Shown here: one piece after another, positions 36,980-50,115 of the stretch | How the letters are laid out: each line of letters begins with the position of its first letter | Numbering within the stretch: the first letter of the stretch is position 1 | NCBI GenBank assembly: GCA_965113315.1 | Contig: OZ220372.1 | Reading direction: 5' to 3' (one strand) | DNA from: Podarcis vaucheri | Lineage: Eukaryota | DNA: 64,000 nucleotides | Made by a program: the position numbers and the translations under genes | The notes under the pieces: generated by a model | Told to the model about the DNA's origin: nothing | Seen by the model: only the letters and a program-made list of their open reading frames with translations | The model's database searches: none

Positions 36980-38540
36980 TTTTGTCCCTGACGGGGAGGG
37001 GGGAGACGCCATTTCAGGGGAGGGGGGGGTGTCCGCCTCAGGTGCCCAAACATCTTGAGCCGGCCTTCTTGAGTTCTGACAGGAAAACAGGACTCTTCAG
37101 ACGAGCCCGCGCGCGCGCCCGTGTGTGAGCGCGCGCCGCCGTCACCGCTTGTGACCGATTGTGTTGTTGGTTTGATAGTTTATTTATTTCTAGGCGGGCA
37201 GCTGTTTGAAAGCAGGAGGAGGAGGGAGGGAGGAGAGAAGGATCCGGCCAGCGGCGGGAGAGCCGCCCCATCGCGGGAAGAGCCCTCCCGCGAAGGGAGG
37301 GGGCGGCGGCTGGCGAGGAGGAGGCGGCGCGGAGGGAGGGCAGGCCGGCTCCGGGAAGCGGTGCTCCGCGCTGGGACTGGTTCCTTCGCAGCCATTTTCT
37401 GTCCAACCAAACAGCCGATTTGCGGAGGGAGCCAACCAGGGCCGCACTGGAGGTTTGTGCCTGGCTCCGGCCAATGATTGGTAACCGGTTTCACTGCAGG
37501 CTCGAATGAAATGTCCGTCTCCCTCCCCGGGCTCCGGCGCTGCCGCCGCGCCGTCGCTGAGGGGACCAGGAAGTGCGGGGAGAAGGAGAAAGCGAGAGAG
37601 AGAGAGAGAGAGACAGGCAGACAGACAGAGAGGAGGAGGAGGAGGAGGAACCGGGGGGAAGGAAGGAAGAAAGACCGCGGCCCGGGCCCGCCCGCCCGCC
37701 CGCGTCTTTGTACTGCCGCCGCCGCCGCGGAGCGGAGGCTCTGGCGGCCGTTGCTGGGGGCCTGGAGAGGGGAAAGCAAGCGGGGGCCGTTGGCCGAGGC
37801 CCCTGAAGGGAGACGGGCTGTTGTGACAGGAGCTGACCCCTGGAAGAGGAGCGGCGGCGGCGGCGGGAGGAGCGTGTCACCACACGCGGGTTGGGGGGGG
37901 GGAAGGTTGCTTGTGTGTCGAAAGGAGCCGCGTTTGCCGCCCGAGTCAATAGCCCTCCCGAGGCGCCTTCCCTCTCCTCTCCTGCTTTCCCAACCTGGGG
38001 GTTGGAGGGGACCCCCGAGGTTGAGGACCGACCACCCCCCTCTCGGCCAAGCGCGCGGCCCGAGCCGATCTTATTTTTAATAGGCGCCTCTTCTACTGTT
38101 CCCTCGTGGAGGCCGCCCTTCTTTTCCCTCCCTCCCTTTCGCCGCCCCCCCCCCGCTCCTTTTCTCCTCCTGGGGTGGAGTTGGGTCTATTTGTGCACAA
38201 GGGCTTTTGTCTGCTGCTCGCTCTTCTGTTACTCCCCCCACCACAACCCGTCTCCCTCCATATTTTTTTGAGGTTCCCTGAAGGAGGAATGGGGCGGCGA
38301 AGGGGTCGGTGGCTCCCCTCGCCACCACGTTGGCGATGGTCTGGAAGTCTCTTTCCACACACCCCACACAGTCGTCGCTCCCCCCCCTCCCCGCCTAGCC
38401 CTTGCACATGGCCGCCTTTCGCGGTCTCCAGAATGGCTTTGGTTGGGGAGGCGGAGAAACGAAGCTGTCAAAAAGCGCTCTACACGCTAGAGAAGCTGCT
38501 GTTTTTGTCTCGCTAAGTCCTGGTCGCAACGCGTGTGAAC
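36980..38540 (+). promoter_or_regulatory. CpG island, NFYB promoter
   Basis: Very GC/CpG-rich, GCGCGCGC runs, YY1-like GCCATTTT at 37391, CCAATGATTGG at 37471-37481. Confidence 0.88.
37340..37452 (+). other. NFYB: NFYB non-coding exon 1 (5' end approximate)
   Basis: GCAGCCATTTTCTGTCCAACCAAACAGCCGATTT...GCACTGGAG|GTTTGT resembles the recalled mammalian NFYB 5' UTR; donor at 37453. Confidence 0.7.
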
Positions 38541-40028
38541 CCCAAAGGTGGGTGGGCTTGTGGCTCTGGGGTGCCATTTAGCAGGGGGTGGGGGTGTCAT
38601 TTTCCTAGCTTCCACATGTTCAAACGTTACCAGTTACTTCTGTCTTGTTATGGGAGGTTTGTCTTTTGTCTTACACACTCGAGCTTCTTTTTCCATCCTC
38701 CCCCAGTCCGTTTCCTTGTGAAGTCTCCTTGTCAAGAACATTGTTTTATAGAGTTCATTTACACAGCCACTGGAATTGTTCAATCCTCAGACTTGTCCCT
38801 GGCCCCACCTGCCTAGTGTGAATGTACCCACCAGATTTGAATTGTTTGTGTGAATCCTAAGAGTACAAACTAGCTGGCTGGCATGAGTTCTGTGATTCCC
38901 CCCCCCCAAAAAAAAAACATAACTCAGTCATAGACCTCTGTTCCGTTTTGCATACATTAACTGATTTCTCCATTTGTTTTATTCGTCTAGTCAAAAAGTC
39001 TGTAAAGGTGGAAAAACAAGTCCAAGTTGCAGTTATGTGAACTAACCCATTTTGAAGACGTACTCTTTTGTTAGGGCAGTTTGTGTTTCTCCTTTTAGGT
39101 ATATAAAGGCTTTAAAAGCACCCAGCAAAATTCTAGAATGAATATTCCCTGTATACAAAGTGTATGTGATCTGTTGGTTTCCTGGCGTTGCCTACCAACA
39201 CTGAATAGCATTAGCTTAGGCCTTCTGTAAACAAACTCTAGGTAACCCGCAAGATGCTGTGTGACAATTCTATGCTGACATAGAATTCTCATGCAGAAAC
39301 AAGACAGGTTGACAGATCTTGTATTGGTTGCCTTTGTCTGCTTGTGCGAACTTGAATGCACAACTCTACCAGCAGAATGACAGATACCGCAAGCAGTAAA
39401 ATACATAGAAAAGAGTACATTGAACAGTATATAGAGTGTCATGGTGCTAGCCAGCCATGCGCTCTACCACCTATTCAAGCTTTTCCCCCCATTTTCCATC
39501 TTCTCTCCCCAGCAGACACTCATCATGTTGTTTTTAAACGCTGTTGGGATTTCCCACCCCCCTAAAGATTTTTTGTACTGCAATTTGTGTCCCACCATGC
39601 CTGCTGGCACCTCCCTCTTGTGGATGGTGCCATTTTGGCTACATAAAGATTACCACTTAGAGAAAGGTGTTAATATATAGAATGAATACAAAAACTTTTC
39701 TGAATAAAAAAGTATTATTGTATAAGGTTAAAGGCCTCTTCTTGCAGCAGTCTTCTTGATTTCAGCATGGCCTTAACTAGCCTGAACGCAATCTGATACG
39801 TTCTAGTACTATGTGCTGAGTAGCTGCACTAGAATTAACCGTGCTCATTAAAATCCTGCAACTGTGCCCAACTTGGGTTTTATTTTCTTAAGAGCCACAT
39901 TCACTTGAAAATTTGGTGAGATGTCCTTGTGTATATTTAGTATGGAATTGTCCTGTAGCTAGATTGGTTATTGAACTGATGGTTGGAAATTCCAAAACAG
40001 GAAAATGTTGAAGTAGGATTAATTACTG

Positions 40029-41430
40029 GTTTGTTTGTTTGTTTGTTTGTTTGTTTGTTTGTTTGTTTGTTGGACACCTACCGAAATAGTCTCAAGGTGA
40101 CTTATAAACAGTATAACACACACCATAAAACATACAAATGAAACAAAATAAAAGAACACAATTTAAGAAAACAATGCTAAAAAACATACCACGCCAAATA
40201 TCTATAGCATAACTGGCACAATAGCCAGTTATCAGTAGAAAATTAATTATTATTATTTTTAAGAAAAGAAAAAGAGGAAAAAAAGAAAATTAATTATACA
40301 ATCAACTCACCAAATGTCTCAGAGGAAAGGAAGGTATTGCCCTGGTGCCATAAATATATTAATGTCTGCACCAGGGCACCTCACTGGGAGCGTGTCCCAT
40401 GAACAGGAGAGGTACAACCTTGTTGCCACTCTCTTCACCTAGAATCATAGAATCATAGAGTTGGAAGAGACCACAAGGGCCATCAAGTCCAACCCCCTGC
40501 CAAGCAGGAAACACCATCAGAGCACTCCTGACATATGGTTGTCAAGCCTCTGCTTAAAGACCTCCAAAGAAGGAGATTCCACCACACTCCTTGGCAGCAA
40601 ATTCCACTGTCGAACAGCTCTTACTGTCAGGAAGTTCTTCCTAATGTTTAGGTGGAATCTTCTTTCTTGTAGTTTGGATCCATTGCTCCGTGTCCGCTTC
40701 TCTGGAGCAGCAGAAAACAACCTTTCTCCCTCCTCTATGTGAAATCCTTTTATATAGTTGAACATGGCTATCATATCACCCCTTAACCTCCTCTTCTCCA
40801 GGCTAAACATGACCAGCTCCCTTAGCCGTTCCTCATAAGGCATCGTTTCCAGGCCTTTGACCATTTTGGTTGCCCTTCTCTGGACACGTTCCAGTTTGTC
40901 AGTGTCCTTCTTGAACTCTCTTTGATGGGGCACCTGGGCTCAGATGACAACTATGGGGTTCATAGTTGTCTGAACCCCTGCTGTCTGAGGAGATATTCCA
41001 TTGGGTGTTGGGGTCCCATGCCATGTAAGTCTTTATAGGTTAAAACCAGTGCTTTGAACTAAATTCAGAGATGTATTGGCTGCTAGTGAAGCTAGCCAGA
41101 ATTAATGTAATATGATTAGACCGTCTAGACTCCACAGCCGTCAGGCCACTGCATTCTTCATTATCTGCCGTTTCTGAACTCTATTCAGAGGCAGTCCCAT
41201 GCATAGCATGTTGCCTTATTTTAATCTGGAGGGTACCAGAATTGAAGCCAGGTTATCCTTGTCCAGATAAGGATATAGATGGGGTAATAGAATTCCCAAG
41301 CTACAAACCTGTTCCTTCAGGAGAAGTGGTACTCTGTTTGGAATCAGTTGACCACCACTCAACTGGTCAGAAGAATTGTCCCTTAACAGCATCTCTGTCT
41401 TGTCTAGGTTAAGCTGCATTTTGTTGCCTC
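40029..41430 (-). mobile_element. Old L2 3' fragment with (AAAC)n tail, interrupted by a CR1
   Basis: (GTTT)n at 40029-40071; degenerate LNLDKTEMLL...LKEQVCSLGIL similar to the L2 RT at 43132-44172. Confidence 0.7.
40441..40916 (-). mobile_element. Young CR1 3' fragment (RT C-terminus, stop-free)
   Basis: [34 protein letters not shown]...; (ATTCTATG)n tail. Confidence 0.93.
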
Positions 41431-42244
41431 TTTTATTTTCATAGTAGTTTTTCAGAAACAAGCAGAATCAGTGACTTCCATCAGTACTAATCCCCTAAAG
41501 TGCAGGTCTTCAAAATGTTGTGTATTTCTAGAGAAATTGTTGCATTTTCACAGTGTGATGTTTTCATATTGCTCTTGTGCTCAATGATTTCCAGAAAGCC
41601 AGAACATTTTGCTTTATTTTACCTGACTAATATAGTTATAAAACATAGTGTTTTATTGCATAATTTGAAAGTGACAAATGCTTGAAAATTATATACTGAA
41701 AGTTCTCATTCCAAATGACAATTGTGATATAAGATATCTGTAGACAACTAACTGATATTCTATTATAAACAAGACATGCTGGCAGTGGCCTCTTTATAGG
41801 CCTCTGTACAGTATCCATCAGTAGGGCTATTTCATGTAACTTAAGAAGGGTCACTTTCAACTCATGAAAGCTCATTTTCTTATTTGGAGTCGTAAGTTAC
41901 CGCTTCCAAAGAACAGTCTTGGCTAAATGACAATTCCTATCAAATCTGGATTCTGTACAAAATCTTAAAGTAAATTATGTCAGGTATTTTCTTCAGTTGA
42001 TAACTTTCTTATGTCAGAAAAAGTTGGGTGAATGAAGCTTGATTTAAAGCAAGGATTCTAGGATAGCGGTTGTCATCTTGCCAACAGTAGTACATTGGAT
42101 CAGATTTAAATAATGGCATGTTAGACAGGAGGAGAACATGGATGCTGAAGTTGCACTCTGTTATAATAGGTAGATCCTTGAGAGAAAGCACTAGCTGTAT
42201 AGTTTTTATTTAAACTTGATGGTTATGCTGAAGCATAGTCAAAG

Positions 42245-42248
<4 letters not shown>

Positions 42249-42278
<30 letters not shown>

Positions 42279-44796
42279 TTATTTGTACCCCGCCCATGTA
42301 GGGACGCGGGTGGCGCTGTGGGTTAAAGCCTCAGCGCCTAGGGCTTGCCGATCGAAAGGTTGGCGGTTCGAATCCCCGCAGCGGGGTGCGCTCCCGCTGC
42401 TCGGTCCCAGCGCCTGCCAACCTAGCAGTTCGAAAGCACCCCCGGGTGCAAGTAGATAAATAGGTACCGCTTACCAGCGGGAAGGTAAACGGCGTTCCGT
42501 GTGCTGCGCTGGCTCGCCAGATGCAGCTTTGTCACGCTGGCCACGTGACCCGGAAGTGTCTCCGGACAGCGCTGGCCCCCGGCCTATAGATGTGAGATGG
42601 GCGCACAAACCCCAGAGTCTGTCAAGACTGGCCCGTCGGGCAGGGGTACCTTTACCTTTACCTTTACCCCGCCCATCTGGCTGGGTTTCCCCAGCCCTCT
42701 GGGCGGCTTCCAACAAAGATGAAAGATACACTAAAATGTCACATATTAAAAACTTCCCTGAACAGGGCTGACTTCAGATGTCTTCTGAATGTCAGGTAGA
42801 TGTTTATCACTTTGACATCTGATGGGAGGGCGTTCCACAGGGTGGGCGCCAATACCGAGAAGGCCCTCTGCCTGGTTCCCTGTAACTTGGCCTCTTGCAG
42901 TGAGGGAACCGCCAGAAGGCCCTCAGAGCTGGACCTCAGTGTCTGGGCAGAATGATGGGGAAGGAGACACTCCTTCAGATATACTGGACCGAGGCCGTTT
43001 AGGGCTTTAAAGGTCAGCACCAACACGTTGAATTGTGCTCGGAAACGTACTGGGAGCCAATGTAGGTCTTTCAAGACAGGTGTTATATGGTCTCGGCGGC
43101 CGCTCCCAGTCACCAGTCTAGCTGCCGCATTCTAGATTAGTTGTAGTTTCCGGGTCACATTTAAAGGTAGCCCCACGTAGAGCGCATTGCAGTAGTCCAA
43201 GCGGGAGATAACCAGAGTATGTACCACTCTGGCGAGACAGTCTGCAGGCAGATAGGGTCTCAGCCTACGTACCAGATGGAGCTGGTAAACAGCTGCCCTG
43301 GATACAGATTTGACTTGTGCCTCCATGGACAGCTGTGAGTCCAAAATGACTCCCAGGCTGCATACCTGGTCCTTCAGGGGCACAGTTACCCCATTCAGGA
43401 CCAGGGAATCCTCTACACCTGCCCGCCTCCTGTCCCCCAAAAACAGTACTTCTGTCTTGTCAGGATTCAACCTCAATCTGTTAGCCGCCATCCATCCTCC
43501 AACCGCTTCCAGACACTCACACAGGACCTTCACTGCCTTCACTGGTTCTGATTTAAAAGAGAGGTAGAGCTGGGTATCATCCGCATACTGATGAACACCC
43601 AGCCCAAACCTCTTGATGATCTCTCCCAGTGGCTGCATGTAAATGCTGAAAAGCATGGAGAGGACAGAACCCTGAGGCACCCCACAAGTGAGAGCCCAGG
43701 GGTCTGAACACTCATCCCCCACCACCACTTTCTGAACACGGCCCAGGAGGAAGGAGCGGAACCACTGTATGACAGTGCCCCCAGCTCCCAGCCCCTCAAG
43801 ACGGTCCAGAAGGATGTTATGGTCGATGGTATCAAACGCCGCTGAGAGATCCAGCAGAACTAGGAAACAGCTCTCACCTTTGTCCCTAGCCTCCCGGAGA
43901 TCATCAACCAGTGCGACCAAGGCAGTTTCAGTCCTATGATGAGGCCTGAATCCCGACTGGAAGGGATCCAAATGGTCCGCTTCTTCCAGGCGTGCCTGGA
44001 GTTGTTCAGCAACCACTGGCTCAATCACCTTGCCCAAGAATGGAAGATTTGAGACTGGGCGATAATTGGCCATTGTGGCCGCATCTAAAGATGGTTTTTT
44101 AAGAAGCGGTTTAATAACCGCCTCTTTCAGCGGGTCTTGGAAGGCTCCCTCACAGAGGGAAGCATTCACCACCCATCAAAGCCCATCACCCAGTCCTTCC
44201 CGGCTAGCTTTTATAAGCCAGGATGGGCAAGGATCCAGGAGACAGGTGGTTGGCTTCACTCGCCCAAGCAGCCTGTCCACATCCTCGGAGGTAACAGATT
44301 GGTATTGATCCCACACAGCTTGACTAGACAGGACTTTAGCACTCTCCCGCCCTGGCCCTGCTCCCACGGTGGAGTCTACTTCTTCCCGAATCTGAGCGAT
44401 TTTATCTGCAAAAAACTTTGCAAAATCATTGCAGGAGATCATGTGGCCCGTACTGGGCCCCGATGTTGCAGGTGGTTCCGCTAAATTGTGAACCACTTGA
44501 AAAAGTCTCCTGCTGCTGTTTTCTGCAGATGCAATAGAGGCGGCGAAGAATGTCTTCTTCGCCGTTGCTATCGCCACTTGGTAGGCTCGATGTTGAGCTT
44601 TAACCTGTGTCCGGTCAGATTCGGAATGAGTTATCTGCCACCGGCGCTCTAGCCGTCTCAACGATTATTTCATTGCCCTCAGATCTGTGGAAAACCACGG
44701 GGCTCTCCGGGCTCCATGCAATTGGAGAGGGTGCTTCGGAGCCAAACAGTCAATAGCCCTGGTTAACTCCACATTCCAGTGGGCCACCAGGGAATC
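42249..44796 (-). mobile_element. 5'-truncated L2 LINE, about 2.2 kb, with RT domain (three in-frame stops)
   Basis: NYRPVSNLPFLGK, LDLSAAFDT, GVPQGSVL and YADD motifs in a single frame; (ATT)n tail; Sauria SINE inserted near its 3' end. Confidence 0.95.
42298..42664 (+). mobile_element. Sauria SINE nested in the L2 3' end
   Basis: 12-bp TSD TACCCCGCCCAT at 42286-42297 and 42665-42676. Confidence 0.95.
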
Positions 44797-45320
44797 ATCC
44801 AAACTTATTAATATTTAACAGAAATAAACTCAGTATTGTTTAATGAAAAATTGTTGGTAACTTCATAAACATTGTCCCCTATTATACATAATATAAAACT
44901 GGTAACATCTCTCAGAAGTATTCAATTATTTAGATAATTAAAACATTTTCAAGTGTAGCCCTTTAATCTTCAGCAGTGTGTATTTTGCAGCCCTTGTATA
45001 TGATCTGCCTCCCCTGAACCTCTGTCTGTGGGTAAGTTGCCTTCTTCACAGACATAAAGTGTTTTTGGATAATAAAAGCTTCATATTATTCATAAATAAT
45101 AGAAGTACTGCTGTATTACACTAAAATTCTTCAGTAGAAGGCTTAGTTTGAATAAGCTGTTGCGTGTTAGGCAGCAAAGATCATGTGTAGTGGGCATGCA
45201 ATACTATTTATATTTTCAAATCTCAGGTATTTGGATCAGAAATATGTACTCAGATTTTTAAGAACAATGTGCTTAGTCAAGTGGAGTGGACTGTTCTAAA
45301 CTCGGATCCTTTTATTCCAG

Positions 45321-45414
45321 ATGGATGGTGATAGTTCTACAACAGATGCTTCTCAGTTAGGAATTGCTGGAGACTATATTGGTGGTAGTCACTATGTGAT
45401 ACAGCCTCATGATG
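45321..45414 (+). CDS. NFYB: NF-YB coding exon 1 (MDGDSSTTDASQLGIAGDYIGGSHYVIQPHD)
   Basis: ttccag|ATG ... G|GTAAGT, 94 nt, matches the NF-YB N-terminus. Confidence 0.97.
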
Positions 45415-47017
45415 GTAAGTAATGTATTGGTCAAAGACAGTGTCCATTCTTATTGTCATTTTTCACATTGCAGCTTGCAGACGTGTAGAAGAGACGTTAC
45501 TGCAGCCCTGTGAAAATGTATCATAGTCTGTAAAAGACTATATCATAAGACTCATTCACAGCTCTGTATTAAATTAATAGCTCTTATATGAGACCATTGC
45601 TCAGCAATGATAAAATTAATGTATACCATGTAGTACTTGTGTGCCATATGCTTCAATCCTGTGCACATTTCCTTGGGCTCAAGCCGCATGGAACCTAATG
45701 GGTGCTATCAGTTGTTGGTCATACTTAAGTCCATTGATTTCAGTGGATCTACATTTAGTATGACTTACTGGTAGTTGGGTATCACCCAGTGAGACATATT
45801 TAATGAGTAGCATTGTGTTGCAAGTAATGTGAGAAAAAGCTCATATTGGTACTGAACCAATCATTTTATTTTAACAATATTTTAAACAGTTTTAAAAATA
45901 ATTTTTGTGGCAATCCTTAAGATTACCAGTTCTGTCTCTTGTAGATCTACAATATGTCCTAAAAATCTAGTTTTCTGGGATCTTGTAATGTAATATCTGT
46001 AAACACATAAAGAGTATAAAAGGAACCCTGCTGGTTTCAACTACAAGCCTATCTAGTCCAGCATTGTGTTTCCCACACTTGTCTATGGGAAGCCCAACGG
46101 CAGAAGATGACTACAGTCGCACTCTCCAGCAAGTGTTTCCCAACAACTGAGATTCAGAGGCATCATGCCTCTGATCTTGATGGTAGCATACAGCCATGAT
46201 GAATAATTTCTGTTGGTAGTCTTTTCCTTCATGAATTTATTTAATTTGCTTTTAAAGCAGCATGTATGTCAGTGGACAAGATCACATACTGTGATAGCAA
46301 ATGAGCTCTGTCAAACCAGTAGAATGATCTCTTCCTTTTCAAGGGGCGGGCATTTGGAGAAAAAAGATGCAAGAGAAACTTTACTAACAGTTACTGTACA
46401 GCAGTTGTTTTGATGATGGTCAAAGGCTTTGTAATGGGAGGTGGTTTTCCAAATAAGGTAGGGTTGTCATACGCCCGGTTTCTGCCAGACGTGTCCTATA
46501 TGCCTGCTCTTTTGGGGATGACCCATAGCTTTGTGCTAAACTACATGCTTTGCATGCAGAAAGCCTCAGGTTCAATTTCTGGCATCTCCTGGTAGGGGCA
46601 AACCCTCTCTGAAACCTGGAAGAATCGCTGATGGTCAGTAGAGACAATGCTGAACTAGATGTGTGTGTATGTGTCATACAGTGATAAGCTATGTAACCCT
46701 TTCCCCCCCTTCGTGCTCCTAAAATGTCAGTTTTCAGCCCAGATTATTTTGACATGCTGGGATCACCCAGGAAAGCTGAAGAATGAGAAAGTGTATATGT
46801 TTACCTTTTTTTGTACATTTTTAAGGTGGGAATGTGAACTTCTATAGTCTACATATATGACAGGCATTTAAAATGAGAGCTATCATAGTAAAGTTGGCAA
46901 ATGTGTCTTTTTTTTCCTCTTCAAAATATGGCAACCCTGAAACAAGGTGTAAGTGAGGTTTTCAAAGGGGTACAACATATGAAGCTAATATTTGTATATT
47001 ATGCTCTCTTTTTTTAG

Positions 47018-47148
47018 ATACGGAGGATAGCATGAATGATCATGAAGACACAAATGGCTCCAAAGAGAGTTTTAGAGAACAAGATATATATCTTCCAATT
47101 GCAAATGTGGCAAGGATAATGAAGAATGCTATACCTCAGACAGGAAAG
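47018..47148 (+). CDS. NFYB: NF-YB coding exon 2 (DTEDSMNDHEDTNGSKESFREQDIYLPIANVARIMKNAIPQTGK)
   Basis: 131 nt, tttag acceptor, AAG|GTAATA donor, histone-fold start REQDIYLPIANV. Confidence 0.98.
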
Positions 47149-47753
47149 GTAATAACTCAGAAAGAGAGCTTTGCTAGCATTCCAGAATCTTAGATTCATC
47201 ATAGAATTTTTTTAAATGTGGCATAATCATTGGGTTGCATTCAGTGGGGGTTTAAGACCAAATATTGAGAGCTACTTCAGATGTGATGTAACAATGAGAG
47301 CAGGAAGTACAAGTGCTTTCTAATCCTCCACATCTCCAGCTGCCCAAAACAACTTTTGCATCTGCCTCTCATGGAGGGATTCTGGTCCTAGGTCCCCAAT
47401 TGTTGCTGGACTACATCCCATCATCCCTGACCATTCTGCATACTGGCTGGTGGTTGCACTTCAGCAACATCTGTGGACACACAGTTAGGGAAGGCTACTC
47501 TAAATGAATTTCAGCTTTGGTTTTTCAATTATTATTATTTCTAAAAAACTACTACTCAATTCAAAATTGTCAAACATTTCAAAATTGAGGTAATGTGTAC
47601 AATTAAACAGTTCTGTTTGGGGTAGCCTTACTGGCCCAAAACATTTTATTTTGTTGGCAGTTTTGCTGGTGTATATAGTAGGGTTAATTCAGATTGGAAA
47701 CAAGAAATAGTTTGATTACTAGATGATGATGATTCTGATGCTGTTTATTCTAG

Positions 47754-47951
47754 ATTGCTAAAGATGCAAAGGAATGTGTTCAGGAGTGCGTAAGTGAATT
47801 CATAAGCTTTATAACATCGGAAGCAAGTGAGAGGTGTCATCAAGAAAAACGGAAGACTATAAATGGGGAGGATATTCTCTTTGCCATGTCCACTCTGGGA
47901 TTTGACAGCTACGTGGAACCTTTGAAGTTGTACCTTCAGAAGTTCAGAGAG
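47754..47951 (+). CDS. NFYB: NF-YB coding exon 3, histone fold ([28 protein letters not shown]...YLQKFRE)
   Basis: 198 nt, ctag acceptor, GAG|GTTTGT donor. Confidence 0.98.
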
Positions 47952-50036
47952 GTTTGTAATCTTTCTGTGGTTTTACTTTACAACAGTTTGGAATTTTGTC
48001 TGTTATGACTACTTACTGTTTTTATATTTTATATAAACCAGGGGTGTTGACTGAAAATTTTATTTATATGAAGCCTATTTTCAGAATGTAAATGCTATCA
48101 TGTTTCTTTTTTAAAAAAATATATGTAATTTTTGTTGATGAACCAGCTGGTTTATATGCTTTTAAGGATTTGGCCTTTTTCTATCCCTGCTAGATTAGTG
48201 TTGCAACTTAGATGGCATTCACTGGTCTGAAAAAGAAGCTTGTGTTTACTAGCTTGCTGCTTTTACTTCATGTTTTTATTATCGCATGGTGCACTATTTA
48301 GAATTGCTTTATTTTAATGTGTCAAGTCCAGGAGAGCACATGGTCAAGCATCTCCACAAATTCAATGCGAAGCTTGAATAATCTAGCATTTGCATTCCCC
48401 TTTTGACTCTTCTCCTCTTCCCATATGTTATGCAATGTTTTACTTCCTATCTGGATCTGTCATGTCACAGGTAGACTTTCTATCCTCTCTGCCTTGCATC
48501 TATTTAACATTATTGTGCTTATTCTGGCCAAGAAGAACAGCAGCTATTGCCCACACACTTGCTCTTTTATTTTTATTTATTTAAAAACATTTTTAGGTCA
48601 CACTTCATATTAAAAGCCCCAAAGCGGTTTATGACAGTGGATTAAAACATTCCTAATGCCTGATAGGATAGGTGGGGGAGGGGGGGGGCAGCTGCTTTGT
48701 TCTTTGTAATCCCATAATGATGTGGGGGACAGATTGTGGTGGCGGTTCTCTTCATTGTCATTTTCTTACTTTCCTTCTTACTGTGGGTAGTGCTAAGGGG
48801 CAACAGCAATAAGGAGGGTGAACTAGCAGCAGTGGAAAGAAAGAGTCTCCTGAGTTAAGAAGCTACATTGCAAAATGTTTGAAATGAGCACTTAATGTAA
48901 TGTGTAAAGAAATCTGCAGTCGCTTTCTGTGGCAGTAGCTCAGCATTGCTCATCCCTGCCCTTTGCTCCTTTTCACATTGAATGCTGTTTGTGTGCAATT
49001 TGTGCCAGCAATAATTCCTTCTTATCCGAACGGGCTACGATGCACAGGTTAAACTGCTGCAGTTTCAAATGCACAAGTGGCAACTTGGGCTGCTACAGAC
49101 ATGCAACCTCTTGAATCTTCCTAGTTGTTTCTGGTGACACGAGGTCTAGCTCCCACAACCCTTTCACCCTCCTGTTTTTGGCAACCACTCACTAGAAGAT
49201 GTATATGAGAGGTTGTGTTTGCTGAAGAACCATAGACCTCTTGCAATAAAAGCTGAAGGAAATATCACACACCTGTAATTTAAATATTGCTGTTAATTGC
49301 ATTAACTGTGCTTGGATCTGTCTCTTGAGCTGCCTTTCCACCTTGCCTCATTTCTGTTCAGGGTTAGAATTCAGCTGTAGTGGACCTCCTGAAAACAGCT
49401 CAAGGCCATAGGCTTCTGGCCCGACTCAGGGGGGTTCTTCACACTTGCTTCTCACCCAAGGGGAGAATTCTGTGCGAATCTCTGGTTTGGCTAATTTAGA
49501 GCCTGCTGCATTCAGCCTTCGAGCCTCCAGATTGAGCCAAGCTTCCAGTTTTGACTACAAACCTCCTGACTGAATGCAGACTGTGTGACACAGACTGAAC
49601 CCAGGTTTACTCTGCTTAGTTAGTTTATAGTGTATAGCTTCTGATGCACAGCATCTCCTAACTTTATGTACATAGTGTAAATAGTTATCTTGTTGTTTGA
49701 GGCAATATAAACACTTTATACTTAACTCAGTGAGCAAGGAGTTTTCTCTGAAATGGCTAGCAATAACAAAGGGGGAAGATCCTGAAGCTCTGCTGTGCTA
49801 CTCTGCTGGTTACACTGCTACAGGTGTGATCTTAAAATGTTATCAACATTCACACCAAGAATACAGATAGAATTATTGGTGTACAAAATATGTAGAATTA
49901 CAGAATTTTGTAATGGCGATCCAGGGTTTGAAAAACCTATTGCGTATAAACTACACTGCTGTTCCAAAAAGTGTGCAATGATTTAAGTGGTTGAAAGTGC
50001 TTGTATCATACAAAACATCATTTATGCTTTTTCAAG

Positions 50037-50115
50037 GCCATGAAAGGAGAAAAGGGTATTGGAGCAGTTACCACAGCAGATGGCCTGAGTGAGGAGCTCA
50101 CAGAGGAAGCATTTA
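50037..50115 (+). CDS. NFYB: NF-YB coding exon 4 (AMKGEKGIGAVTTADGLSEELTEEAF)
   Basis: 79 nt, caag acceptor, A|GTAAGT donor. Confidence 0.95.

Noticed and set aside
37038-38516. Many 90-200 aa ORFs on both strands
   Set aside because: Low-complexity products of a stop-poor CpG island with no recognisable domain
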